Shown piece after piece: positions 25,931 to 35,156 of a stretch of 53,148 nt of DNA; within the stretch, counting starts at the first letter, position 1; each line of letters starts with the position of its first letter. The stretch comes from a virus (Duplodnaviria; Caudoviricetes). The DNA is taken from positions 1 to 53,148 of the IMG/VR virus record IMGVR_UViG_3300044640_000694, one strand, 5' to 3'. The notes beneath the pieces are model-generated. The model did not search any database. It was not told the origin of the DNA and was given only the letters and a program-made list of their open reading frames with translations. A program made the translations under genes and the position numbers.

Positions 25931-27558
25931 TGTCAGACGAATTATATATTAGGGATATTGGCCTACCAGAGTTTGGAAGCCAAGAAGACGTTTTCAAAGC
26001 ACAAGACCCATTCAATAAGAACTGGGACGAACTAAAAAACCTTAATGGTCTAGAGAAGAACTTTAAGCGTCGTTCAGAAAGAATGGCTAAGGCTTATGAG
26101 ACTCAGATTCCTAAAGACTTGGATGTAAATAACCCACTATATCTTGACAGTGCTTACTCAGTTAGCCGTGGTATTGATGGTGCAAGGTCTAAAGAAATCA
26201 ATCCAGGAAGTGTATACCGTAATGGCTATGGCATGTTTGACGTTATTACACCACCCTGGAATCTATACGAATTGGCTAATTTCTACGACACATCATTTGC
26301 TAACCACGCAGCTATTGATGCAAAGGTAGAAAACATTGTTGGTCTTGGATATGACTTCCACGTTTCTGATCGCACAATGATGGCCATTGAGGCTAACGAT
26401 AATGATTCAGCACGTGAGAAAGCCCGTCGTCGTATTGAGCGTATGAAGATTGAGATGCGTGACTGGCTAGAGAATCTTAATGACGAAGAGTCGTTTACCA
26501 ATGTTATGATGAAAGTCTTGACAGATTATGAGTCCACTGGAAATGGATATCTTGAAATAGGTAGAACCATCCGTGGAGAGATTGGTTACATTGGTCACAT
26601 CCCTGCAACCACAATGCGTGTCCGTAGACTAAAGGATGGATATGTTCAGATTATTGGTCACAAGGTTGTTTACTTCCGTAACTTTGGTGCTAATAACCCT
26701 AACCCAATTACTGGTGACCCTCGTCCAAACGAAATTATTCACTTTAAGCAATACTCGCCACTAAACACTTATTACGGAATTCCAGATATTATGTCTGCCG
26801 TATCCTCGCTACATGGAGACCAGCTAGCGTCACAATACAATATTGACTACTTTAGCAACAAGGCTGTGCCACGTTATGTTGTAACCCTTAAGGGTGCAAA
26901 GCTATCATCTGAGGCAGAAGACAAGCTATTCAGATTCCTTCAGACAAATCTAAAGGGGCAGTCGCACAGAACTCTGTACATCCCTCTTCCTGGAGATACA
27001 GACCAGAATAAGGTGGAATTTGAGATGAAGCCTATTGAGAATGGTGTCCAGGAAGCATCCTTTAATGAGTATAGACTTCGCAACCGTGATGACATTCTAA
27101 TTGCACACCAGGTTCCGCTATCTAAGATTGGTGGATCTGATGCTTCTAACATTGCAGCTGCACTTGCTCAAGACCGTACCTTCAAAGAGCAGGTTGCGAG
27201 GCCAATGCAGAGAAACATTGAAAAGTTTATTGGAAGAATCATTAGAGAAAAAACAGATATTCTTGAGCTACGTTTTAATGAGCTAACTCTTACAGACGAG
27301 GTTACGCAGTCTCAAATTCTTGAACGTTATGTTAAGACTCAAATTATGGTTCCTAATGAGGCACGTGAAGCTCTTGGTCTGCCACAGCGTCCAGATGGCG
27401 ATGAGCCATTTGAGATGTCTCCACGACAGGCTACAGACGCTAGAGCTAATCTAGCAGACAATCGCCAAAGAGATACAGAGCGTATGAACAATCAATCAGA
27501 TGGTCCAGCAACAACTTCTGGAAGAAATCCTCAAGGTGAGGGAAATTCTTCAGAATAA
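25930..27558 (+). CDS. Portal protein
   Basis: GNGYLEI.R, HIPATTMRV, NEIIHFK, YYGIP, YFSNKAVP, HQVP...IG, PNEAREALGLP; position before protease and capsid genes. Confidence 0.93.
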   Translation: MSDELYIRDIGLPEFGSQEDVFKAQDPFNKNWDELKNLNGLEKNFKRRSERMAKAYETQIPKDLDVNNPLYLDSAYSVSRGIDGARSKEINPGSVYRNGYGMFDVITPPWNLYELANFYDTSFANHAAIDAKVENIVGLGYDFHVSDRTMMAIEANDNDSAREKARRRIERMKIEMRDWLENLNDEESFTNVMMKVLTDYESTGNGYLEIGRTIRGEIGYIGHIPATTMRVRRLKDGYVQIIGHKVVYFRNFGANNPNPITGDPRPNEIIHFKQYSPLNTYYGIPDIMSAVSSLHGDQLASQYNIDYFSNKAVPRYVVTLKGAKLSSEAEDKLFRFLQTNLKGQSHRTLYIPLPGDTDQNKVEFEMKPIENGVQEASFNEYRLRNRDDILIAHQVPLSKIGGSDASNIAAALAQDRTFKEQVARPMQRNIEKFIGRIIREKTDILELRFNELTLTDEVTQSQILERYVKTQIMVPNEAREALGLPQRPDGDEPFEMSPRQATDARANLADNRQRDTERMNNQSDGPATTSGRNPQGEGNSSE

Positions 27559-27625
27559 TCTGATATAATAGTTTCTTATACAAATATAACAATTTAATAA
27601 AAACGTACATTATAATTAAGGTAGT

Positions 27626-28978
27626 ATGACTATATCAAAGGCTCAGTGGGATACAGAGGGGGACAACGTTCGTCTCTCAATGCCCTTTAGTAAGGTAGAT
27701 CAGGAACGACGTATCGTTTCTGGATTTGCCACACTTGACAACGTTGATAAGCAGTCTGACATTGTTACCACAGAGGCATCTCTAAGGGCATTCGCTAAGT
27801 TCCGTGGCAATATCCGTGAAATGCACCAGCCAATATCTGTTGGCAAGATGGTGTCTTTTAAAGAAGATAAGTATTTCGATTCAGAGACTAAGAAGTTTTA
27901 CACAGGCGTTTATGTTTCTGCATATGTTTCAAAGGGTGCTCAGGATACTTGGGAAAAGGTCCTGGATGGCACCCTTTCTGGCTTTTCTATTGGTGGCCGT
28001 ATGAATAAGTACGAAGATGCTTATGATGAAAAGATGGATAAGACTGTCCGCATTATTAAGGAATACGACCTTATTGAGCTATCCCTTGTAGATAATCCAG
28101 CAAATCAGTTTGCTAATATTCTTTCTGTACAAAAGGTTGATGGCGTAGATGTGATTAAGGGCGAAACCCTAGACACTGAATTTGAAAACGTGTTCTGGGA
28201 TAGTTCAAACGGTATCGTAAAGGTATCAGATTCAGACGTAGAGGTAAGCCCTATTGATGGCACTCCGATGAAGAATATTGGTTTCGTTGAAAAGAATGAC
28301 AACGAGAAAACAGAAATGATAAAGTTCTTAGTTGATAGTGCTAAAGGCATTAATCTTTCTAAGATGACGAAGGAGGAAGATCCTATGAACGAAACAACTG
28401 AAGATGTCGTTAAGAACGATGATGTAGTTGAAGAAGCAAAGGTCGCTCCAGAGGCAGATACTGCAACCGAAGATACAGTAGAAAAGTCTTATTCTGAGGA
28501 CAAGACCATGGAAGAGGAGTCTAAGACTGAAAAGTCTGGACACGCCATGGACGAGGAAGAGAAGAAGTCTGACGACATGGATGAGGACGATGAGGAAACT
28601 CTAAAGGCCGATGACATGAAGGAAGAGGACGAGGCTGTAAAGGAAGAAGTATCTAAGTCAGAGGATATCGTTGCATCAGCAGTAGCTGAAATTCGTGACG
28701 GTATCGCAACAGCCTTTAGCGATCTAACATCAGTAGTAAAGTCACTAAATGACGAAGTTGCTGAACTAAAGAAGTCCCTCGGCATGGTTAACGCCAAGCT
28801 AAATGATGCTGAGAGTGATTTCAACAATATTGGAAAGCGTATTGATGCCGTAGAGGCAGATACAGCTTTCCGTAAGTCTGGCGATCTAGGCGAGATCGTA
28901 CAGGAACAGCCTGCAAAGCAGGTTGAAAAATCCCTATGGGGCGGACGTTTCCTCAAAACTGCCGACTTATTTAATTAA
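27626..28978 (+). CDS. HK97-family prohead protease fused to an acidic/coiled-coil scaffold
   Basis: IVSGFAT..VDKQSD, REMH, GFSIGG, LIELSLVDNPAN; C-terminal half E/D/K-rich. Confidence 0.9.
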   Translation: MTISKAQWDTEGDNVRLSMPFSKVDQERRIVSGFATLDNVDKQSDIVTTEASLRAFAKFRGNIREMHQPISVGKMVSFKEDKYFDSETKKFYTGVYVSAYVSKGAQDTWEKVLDGTLSGFSIGGRMNKYEDAYDEKMDKTVRIIKEYDLIELSLVDNPANQFANILSVQKVDGVDVIKGETLDTEFENVFWDSSNGIVKVSDSDVEVSPIDGTPMKNIGFVEKNDNEKTEMIKFLVDSAKGINLSKMTKEEDPMNETTEDVVKNDDVVEEAKVAPEADTATEDTVEKSYSEDKTMEEESKTEKSGHAMDEEEKKSDDMDEDDEETLKADDMKEEDEAVKEEVSKSEDIVASAVAEIRDGIATAFSDLTSVVKSLNDEVAELKKSLGMVNAKLNDAESDFNNIGKRIDAVEADTAFRKSGDLGEIVQEQPAKQVEKSLWGGRFLKTADLFN

Positions 28979-29005
28979 GACACATATCACTTAGGAGGTG
29001 ACAAT

Positions 29006-30136
29006 ATGTCGGAAGAGATTATCAAAAACCAGCCAGGAGAATCTGGCGAACTAGGTGGCACAGCTCCTGGTCTTTACCAAGGTCAGGGTGCATTTGCATC
29101 TGGTGGCATTGGTGGTGTAACAGAGCCAGGTGCTAACACACTTGGAAACATCCCAAATGCTGAATACGGTCTAACAACTGGACCAAACTCTGTAAATCCT
29201 TCGGGTGATGCAGGCAGTGGTATTCTACGCCCTGAACAGGCACGTCGTTTTATTGACTACGTATGGGATGCAACTGTACTCGCCAAGGACGGTCGTCGTG
29301 TAACTATGCGAGCGAACACTATGGAGCTAGAGAAGGTGAACGTTGGTGAGCGTGTTATCCGTGCAGCTGCTCAGGCTGTTGGTAACTACGAGAACACTGG
29401 TGCTCAGTTCTCTAAGGTTGAGCTATCAACCAAGAAGCTACGTCTCGACTGGGAGGTCTCAGCTGAGGCTCTCGAAGATGGTATTGAGGGTGCAGCCCTT
29501 GAAGACCACCTAGTCCGTTTGATGACAAATGCATTTGCAAATGACATCGAAGATCTAGCGATCAACGGAACTGGAACAGGCAACGACGCATTCTTGTCAA
29601 TCATGAACGGTTTTGTAAACCGTGTCACGACTAACGGAGATGCACACGAAGCTGTTGTTACAGTAGCAGACAACGCATGGACACCAGAGGTAATGCAGCA
29701 GATTATTCTTGCAATGCCACGTAAGTACCGTGCAATCAAGTCTAACCTGAAGTTCTACGCAGGTACAGACGCTTTCCAGGGCATCGTTAAGAACAACGGT
29801 ACCCTATCTGACGCTATTGCTGAGGCACTAGGCAAGAATGGTAACACCCAGGCTAACACCCAGGCTTACCTAGATGGCCAGGGCCAGACATTCGGTGGTG
29901 CTCGCACTACCCGTGTTCTAGGCATTGATGTTCAGGAAGTTCCTTACTACCCTGAGGGCTATGTCGACTTGACATTCCCACAGAACCGTGTATGGGGATT
30001 CCAGCGTGACATCACTGTAAACCGTCAGTACCAGCCAAAGAAGGACACCATTGAATACACAGTATTCGTCCGCTTTGGTGTACAGTGGGAAGAAGAGGAC
30101 GCAATTGCGTTCGCTGATGCTGCTGCAGATGACTAA
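29006..30136 (+). CDS. Major capsid protein (HK97 fold)
   Basis: GILRPEQARRFID, EALEDGIEG, DIEDLAING; AGGAGG SD; followed by a terminator. Confidence 0.92.
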   Translation: MSEEIIKNQPGESGELGGTAPGLYQGQGAFASGGIGGVTEPGANTLGNIPNAEYGLTTGPNSVNPSGDAGSGILRPEQARRFIDYVWDATVLAKDGRRVTMRANTMELEKVNVGERVIRAAAQAVGNYENTGAQFSKVELSTKKLRLDWEVSAEALEDGIEGAALEDHLVRLMTNAFANDIEDLAINGTGTGNDAFLSIMNGFVNRVTTNGDAHEAVVTVADNAWTPEVMQQIILAMPRKYRAIKSNLKFYAGTDAFQGIVKNNGTLSDAIAEALGKNGNTQANTQAYLDGQGQTFGGARTTRVLGIDVQEVPYYPEGYVDLTFPQNRVWGFQRDITVNRQYQPKKDTIEYTVFVRFGVQWEEEDAIAFADAAADD

Positions 30137-30158
30137 TCTGTAACAAAAACCATTGAGG

Positions 30159-30190
30159 GGGCAGGGGCATCTAGCCTCTGCCCTCTTCTT
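30159..30190 (+). terminator. Intrinsic terminator after the capsid gene
   Basis: GGGCAGGGGC/GCCTCTGCCC stem followed by a pyrimidine run. Confidence 0.7.
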
Positions 30191-30230
30191 CATTAATCTG
30201 TTATAATTATGAATGACAAAGGAGAATATT

Positions 30231-30746
30231 ATGTCTGAAGAAATCAAGAACGAAGACGTTATCGAAGAGACTCCAGTTATTCCTGCAATGCTTCAGGAAG
30301 GTGAGCCAGTTATTCCAGCCGAAAAGGTAGAGGAATTTAAGGCTGTTATCGAAGAAATTATTGCAAAGAATGCTGAAGAGACTGTCGTTGAGCCAGTAGT
30401 TGAAGATGTTAAGCCAGTAGAGGCTGAAGAACCTAAGAATGTTATTTCTTCTGGTAGCCAGAACCCTGGCAAGCCAGCTGAAGAAGTAGCAGGAATTACA
30501 TCTGTAGAAAACGGTGTTATTGGCACTGGAAAGGTGGCAAGGAAGCCAAAGGCAGCACCAGTAAAGGAAGCTGCTAAGGAAGAGAAGGTTGCCCTACACT
30601 CTACCAAGAATGTAACTTGGAGTGGCGTTGGTAAGGTTTACCGTGGCTACAACATTGTTACAAAGGCTGCAGCTGACAAGTGGTTGACTCGTGATCACGT
30701 ACGACTAGCAACACCAGAAGAGGTTGCTAAGGAGTTCGGCCAGTAA
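30231..30746 (+). CDS. Hypothetical protein with acidic disordered N-terminus and small C-terminal domain
   Basis: TGTTATAAT 30199-30207 and GGAG SD before ATG 30231. Confidence 0.7.
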   Translation: MSEEIKNEDVIEETPVIPAMLQEGEPVIPAEKVEEFKAVIEEIIAKNAEETVVEPVVEDVKPVEAEEPKNVISSGSQNPGKPAEEVAGITSVENGVIGTGKVARKPKAAPVKEAAKEEKVALHSTKNVTWSGVGKVYRGYNIVTKAAADKWLTRDHVRLATPEEVAKEFGQ

Positions 30747-30747
30747 A

Positions 30748-31620
30748 ATGGAAATATTGAGGGTTCCGCCATATCCAGTTCAGGCGGTATTAGAAGTTGG
30801 TGCCCCAGCAGGCACATATGAATATACCGTTATAGATATGGCGGACCTCTCCATAACCACAGGAAGCGTTATATCTTCAAACCAGTCTAAGGTAACTATT
30901 AACCTACCTTCTGACTATGATAACGATTACACCATTGAGATAGATGGTGAAGAGCATCTGGTGACCGTTGTTAGGCCATATGTAGATGCCAATACAAAAG
31001 GAACTACTGCTAGCGAAATAGCAGACTACAAGAAGCATGAAGAGCTTGCTAGAGCCATCATAGACTCTGTAGTAACTGATGGATTTTATTATAAAAAGGG
31101 TACTCACGATACCGTTGGTCTTGGTGCAGATATCCTTCCAATATGGCCAGATCTAAGGCAGATTATAGCTATTTATGAAAACAATGCTCTTGTCTTTGAA
31201 ACAGAGAATGCAGAAGATTATTCTGTTCAGTACGAGCTAAATAAGCTTGGAATTCAGCAGAAGTATGCTGGCGTAATTGATCGAAGTGAGTCAGCACCAA
31301 ACATGCTACCAGCAGGTGGATCAGACATGCTAGATTTAAACTTCGTATATCGTGGTTTTCCAAAGGGATTTGACTATAAGGTAGTTGGCCTATTTGGATA
31401 CAAAAAGCTTCCATCAGAAATTGTTAGGGCAACAGAGCTGTTGATTGATGATATTGCTTGTGGCAAGCTAGATTATTACAAGAGATATATCTCTGACTAC
31501 AACACTGATCAGTTTAAGATTAAGTTTGATCCAGGAGTTTTTGAGGGAACAGGAAACATTTTGGTTGACAAGATACTATCTAAGTATCTTAAGCCAATCA
31601 TAACACTTGGGGTGCTATAA
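30748..31620 (+). CDS. Head-tail adaptor protein
   Basis: ARAIIDS, GFPKGFDYKVVGLFGYKKLPSEIVRATELL; position; start moved to ATG 30748. Confidence 0.7.
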   Translation: MEILRVPPYPVQAVLEVGAPAGTYEYTVIDMADLSITTGSVISSNQSKVTINLPSDYDNDYTIEIDGEEHLVTVVRPYVDANTKGTTASEIADYKKHEELARAIIDSVVTDGFYYKKGTHDTVGLGADILPIWPDLRQIIAIYENNALVFETENAEDYSVQYELNKLGIQQKYAGVIDRSESAPNMLPAGGSDMLDLNFVYRGFPKGFDYKVVGLFGYKKLPSEIVRATELLIDDIACGKLDYYKRYISDYNTDQFKIKFDPGVFEGTGNILVDKILSKYLKPIITLGVL

Positions 31621-32070
31621 ATGGCATGTGGCGATAAGACAGATTTTATGTTCCCAATGGAGGCAGATGTCTACCATCCAATTGTTGAGCAGGGTGCTCT
31701 AGGTAACGTAAAGAAAACTTGGGTATTGGATCGCACAATCGCTTGTAGCCTAAACTCTGCTGGAGCAGCTTTAAAAGAAGATGTCAAGCCAAATGTTAAT
31801 ATTACACAAGAAGGCCTGTTGATAGGTCGTGTAAGAGATGACATTAGATTTTCTAGCAGGGAATCTGGAAATGCAATTACTAACGTAATCATTACTAATA
31901 TTCGTGATAAGAACTGCAATCCAATATACGTAGAAACCTCTGGTCCAAGAGCAGGAAAGTCAACAATCTTTGAGATTGCAACTAATGAACCGTTTATGGG
32001 ACCATTTGGAAACGTAGAGTATTTCAAGTTGGTGGTTCGTAGATCAGAGAACCAGGCAGCTGATATATAA
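31621..32070 (+). CDS. Head closure (stopper)-like protein
   Basis: Size, position and beta-rich pattern. Confidence 0.6.
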   Translation: MACGDKTDFMFPMEADVYHPIVEQGALGNVKKTWVLDRTIACSLNSAGAALKEDVKPNVNITQEGLLIGRVRDDIRFSSRESGNAITNVIITNIRDKNCNPIYVETSGPRAGKSTIFEIATNEPFMGPFGNVEYFKLVVRRSENQAADI

Positions 32071-32735
32071 TGTTGAAGATAACAATAGATGACACTCAGT
32101 TTAATAAGGATATGAGAAATGTCATTCAGTATAGCTTAGGATTCTTTGAGGGTGTTAAGCAAGGCGTTCCAGATTTTTTAAGAGGTACTGGTGTCTCTGT
32201 AGTTGAAAGTCTAAAACAATATATAGACGCTAACGCTAGGGTTTCCCCTCAGCTGCTACACCACGTATATGAGTGGAGTCAAACTGGTTCTCCAAACGCA
32301 AGACTATTTGATGTTGACTTTATAGTTTCTGGAGATAGAATCTCTTTTGTATCTTCGTTTAGACAGTCATCAAGTATTCAAAAAGGATCAAGCACCCCGT
32401 TTATTGATAAAGCAAGAGTCATGGAAGCTGGAATACCAGTAACGATTGTGCCAAAGCGAAGGGTATTGGCCTTTCAGGATGATAATGGTGAACAGGTGTT
32501 TACATCTAACCCAGTAACAGTTGCAAACCCTGGAGGCAATGTTTCTGGGGAATACGAAAGAACATTTAGGTCATTCTTCAATTCATACTTTGCACAGTCA
32601 TACTTGCAATCAGCTGGTATACTTACATATCTAAGAAATCCAGCAGCCTTTGATCTAGGTTTGTCAAAGCGTGGCGGTAGGTCTAAGGGCGTAGCTGTTG
32701 GTAGAGGCTGGATTGCAAAGGCAGGAGATCTATAA
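32070..32735 (+). CDS. Neck or tail-completion protein (putative)
   Basis: Position between stopper and terminator genes. Confidence 0.5.
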   Translation: MLKITIDDTQFNKDMRNVIQYSLGFFEGVKQGVPDFLRGTGVSVVESLKQYIDANARVSPQLLHHVYEWSQTGSPNARLFDVDFIVSGDRISFVSSFRQSSSIQKGSSTPFIDKARVMEAGIPVTIVPKRRVLAFQDDNGEQVFTSNPVTVANPGGNVSGEYERTFRSFFNSYFAQSYLQSAGILTYLRNPAAFDLGLSKRGGRSKGVAVGRGWIAKAGDL

Positions 32736-33298
32736 TGGCTATTTCGTACCCACCTATTTTTATAAATGACTATCTTAAGGAAAAGATTTTAAACATTGCA
32801 GATAACGATGTCCCATTTTTTCCAACTAGCCCATCAACCATTGAGCAGCTAACGCAGACAGCCACACTAAACAATACTGGCAACTTGTTTGCGGTATACG
32901 ACAGAATGTTTAAGATGCGTCGAAAAGCTTTCCCACATATTAAGGATGAGCAACTTTTGTACTACTTCTATTCTTTGGACATTCCTGTAATGGTAGATAC
33001 TACCCAGTACATTGCTGACCTACTAGATCGTGGAGACGAGTCTGCTCAGGATCTAAATTCCTGGATTAGCAGTAAGCTTACTAATGGTGTATACGTAAAG
33101 CCAGACGGAAATACTACTAAAGAATTCTTGCCAGTCTACTTCCATGACATTAAGATTTATCAGCTAGAAGAGACCAGGGACATTGTTGACTTTGGTACTG
33201 CTAGAACATTTGCTGGTAATAAGATTATCATTGATTATTGCTACCACACCAAGGGGTATTCTACAGGAAATACATCCTATAATGACACTACTATATAA
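32735..33298 (+). CDS. Tail terminator-like protein (putative)
   Basis: Immediately upstream of the major tail gene. Confidence 0.5.
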   Translation: MAISYPPIFINDYLKEKILNIADNDVPFFPTSPSTIEQLTQTATLNNTGNLFAVYDRMFKMRRKAFPHIKDEQLLYYFYSLDIPVMVDTTQYIADLLDRGDESAQDLNSWISSKLTNGVYVKPDGNTTKEFLPVYFHDIKIYQLEETRDIVDFGTARTFAGNKIIIDYCYHTKGYSTGNTSYNDTTI

Positions 33299-33303
33299 AA
33301 CCA

Positions 33304-33312
33304 TGCTATAAT
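33304..33312 (+). promoter_or_regulatory. Extended -10 promoter TGCTATAAT
   Basis: Intergenic, upstream of the major tail gene. Confidence 0.7.
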
Positions 33313-33366
33313 TAGCATGAGGAAACATCGCCCACTTATTCCATACAGAAAAAAGAGGTGAAAATT

Positions 33367-33990
33367 ATGGCATATACACGTGGTAACAGCTCCCAGATTA
33401 TTGTTGGTGCAGCTGCTCTATTTACACACGAGGCTGGCGTTCTAGAAGACGCTGACCTTCCAGCATACGTGGAGGACGTATCGTTCAGAGAGACACTTTC
33501 TAACGACGCTGACTTCCGTAACGTTGGTTACACAATGAACGGTCTAGAGATCCAGTTCCAGCCTGACTTCGGTGAGGTCCAGGTTGACCAGGTTCTAGAC
33601 GTTGCAAAGTTGTACAAGCAGGGCATGCAGGTAAACCTAAACACTACATTTGCTGAAGCTACCCTAGAAAACCTTTTGTTTGCACTAGCTGCAAATGATG
33701 GCGACCTAACCACTGTTTCTGGTAACCCAACCCTAAACCTGTCCGCAGGTGACATCGGTGAGTGCCCAGTTGAGCGTGGTCTAGTAGCTGTTGGTCCTGG
33801 TACAGGTGACTGTGCAGCTTCGGACCAGATTGAGCGTGTTTACGTAGCTTACCGTGCTCTCTCTATCGAGAGCGTAACAGTAGGTGCAAAGCGTGACGAA
33901 GCAACAATGTTCGAGGTATCGTTCCGTTTGCTTCCAAACGACAGTGCATCCTACGGTAAGATTGTAGACCGTACTATCCCAGCTGCTTAA
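33367..33990 (+). CDS. Major tail (tube) protein
   Basis: IIVGAAALF, VGYTMNGLEIQF, VQVDQ, FAEATLENL; GAGGTG SD; followed by a terminator. Confidence 0.85.
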   Translation: MAYTRGNSSQIIVGAAALFTHEAGVLEDADLPAYVEDVSFRETLSNDADFRNVGYTMNGLEIQFQPDFGEVQVDQVLDVAKLYKQGMQVNLNTTFAEATLENLLFALAANDGDLTTVSGNPTLNLSAGDIGECPVERGLVAVGPGTGDCAASDQIERVYVAYRALSIESVTVGAKRDEATMFEVSFRLLPNDSASYGKIVDRTIPAA

Positions 33991-34014
33991 TAGCAACTGC
34001 TTATAACTTAATAG

Positions 34015-34053
34015 AACTGCCCTGGCATTAACTTGCTGGGGCAGTTTGCTTTT
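34015..34053 (+). terminator. Intrinsic terminator
   Basis: AACTGCCCTGGCA/TGCTGGGGCAGTT stem followed by TGCTTTT. Confidence 0.75.
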
Positions 34054-34067
34054 GGTATACTATATGA

Positions 34068-34763
34068 ATGCCTAATAAAATTTATGACTCAGAAACCATC
34101 TTTCTGATCGACGGTACTGAAGTCTTTATGACTCCCTTAAAGATTAAATATCTTAGAGAGTTCATGCAACAGTTTGAAAACCTAGACAAAGCCAACTCAG
34201 AAGACGACACGCTAAGCATATTGATAGAATGCTCTAGGGTAGCAATGAAACAGTACTGCCCAAGGCTAAAGACTACAGAAGATGTAGAAGATAACCTAGA
34301 CATCAAGTCAATGTATAAGCTATTAGAGATTGCAGCAGGCATAAAGATTAATGGCGAAGATAAAGAGCCTGTAAAACAACAAGCCCAGGAAAGCTCTCCA
34401 AAGTGGAGCGAGATGGATTTAGTTACTCTTGAGTCTGAAGTATTTTTGCTGGGTATCTGGAAAGACTATGACGAACTAGAAACATCTTTATCAATGCCAG
34501 AGCTAACGGTAACTCTTAATGCTAAAAGAGACTCAGACTACAGGGACAAGAAGTTTATGGCAGCAATGCAGGGTGTTGATCTTGACAAACAAACTGGTAA
34601 GAGTGAGCAAAACGCCTGGGAAAAGATGAAGGCTAAGTTTTTCAGTGGTGGCAAAACAGGTGACTCAAATGATATCACAGCACTACAAGGATATAATGCC
34701 CAGAAGGCTGGCTTTGGTATTGGAATGGGTCTTGGTTACGAAGATTTAACTAAAAAATCCTAG
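34068..34763 (+). CDS. Tail assembly chaperone, long (GT-like) form
   Basis: N-terminal ~100 aa similar to 34808-35134, plus a C-terminal domain (WKDYDELETSLSMPEL); TGGTATACT 6 nt upstream. Confidence 0.7.
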   Translation: MPNKIYDSETIFLIDGTEVFMTPLKIKYLREFMQQFENLDKANSEDDTLSILIECSRVAMKQYCPRLKTTEDVEDNLDIKSMYKLLEIAAGIKINGEDKEPVKQQAQESSPKWSEMDLVTLESEVFLLGIWKDYDELETSLSMPELTVTLNAKRDSDYRDKKFMAAMQGVDLDKQTGKSEQNAWEKMKAKFFSGGKTGDSNDITALQGYNAQKAGFGIGMGLGYEDLTKKS

Positions 34764-34807
34764 ACCTTTGTGCTATAATATACTGTAAATAAAGCTCAGG
34801 AGGCACT

Positions 34808-35134
34808 ATGACTGTAACAGTCAATGAAGAAAAGATCATCAAGTTAATCGATGGAACAGAGATCAGCGTACGACCGCTAAAGATTTCACTATTGCGTGAC
34901 TTCATGAACAAGTTTGCCGACATTGCAAAGGTTGCCGATAATAACGATAAGGCAATGGACGTGCTTATGGCATGTGTACAGATTGCAATGAAGCAGTACA
35001 AGCCAGAACTTGCAGAAGATTTGGCAAAGCTAGAGGAAAGTTTGGATCTTCCGACAGTATACAAGATTGTAGAAGAGGCATCTGGAATCAATCTTGGCGA
35101 TACTGCTCTGATGGGAGCCATTCCTACCGCCTAG
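34808..35134 (+). CDS. Tail assembly chaperone, short (G-like) form
   Basis: Between major tail and tape measure genes; TGCTATAAT at 34771-34779 and AGGAGG SD. Confidence 0.7.
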   Translation: MTVTVNEEKIIKLIDGTEISVRPLKISLLRDFMNKFADIAKVADNNDKAMDVLMACVQIAMKQYKPELAEDLAKLEESLDLPTVYKIVEEASGINLGDTALMGAIPTA

Positions 35135-35156
35135 CCTACAGGAGTAAAATAGGTTA

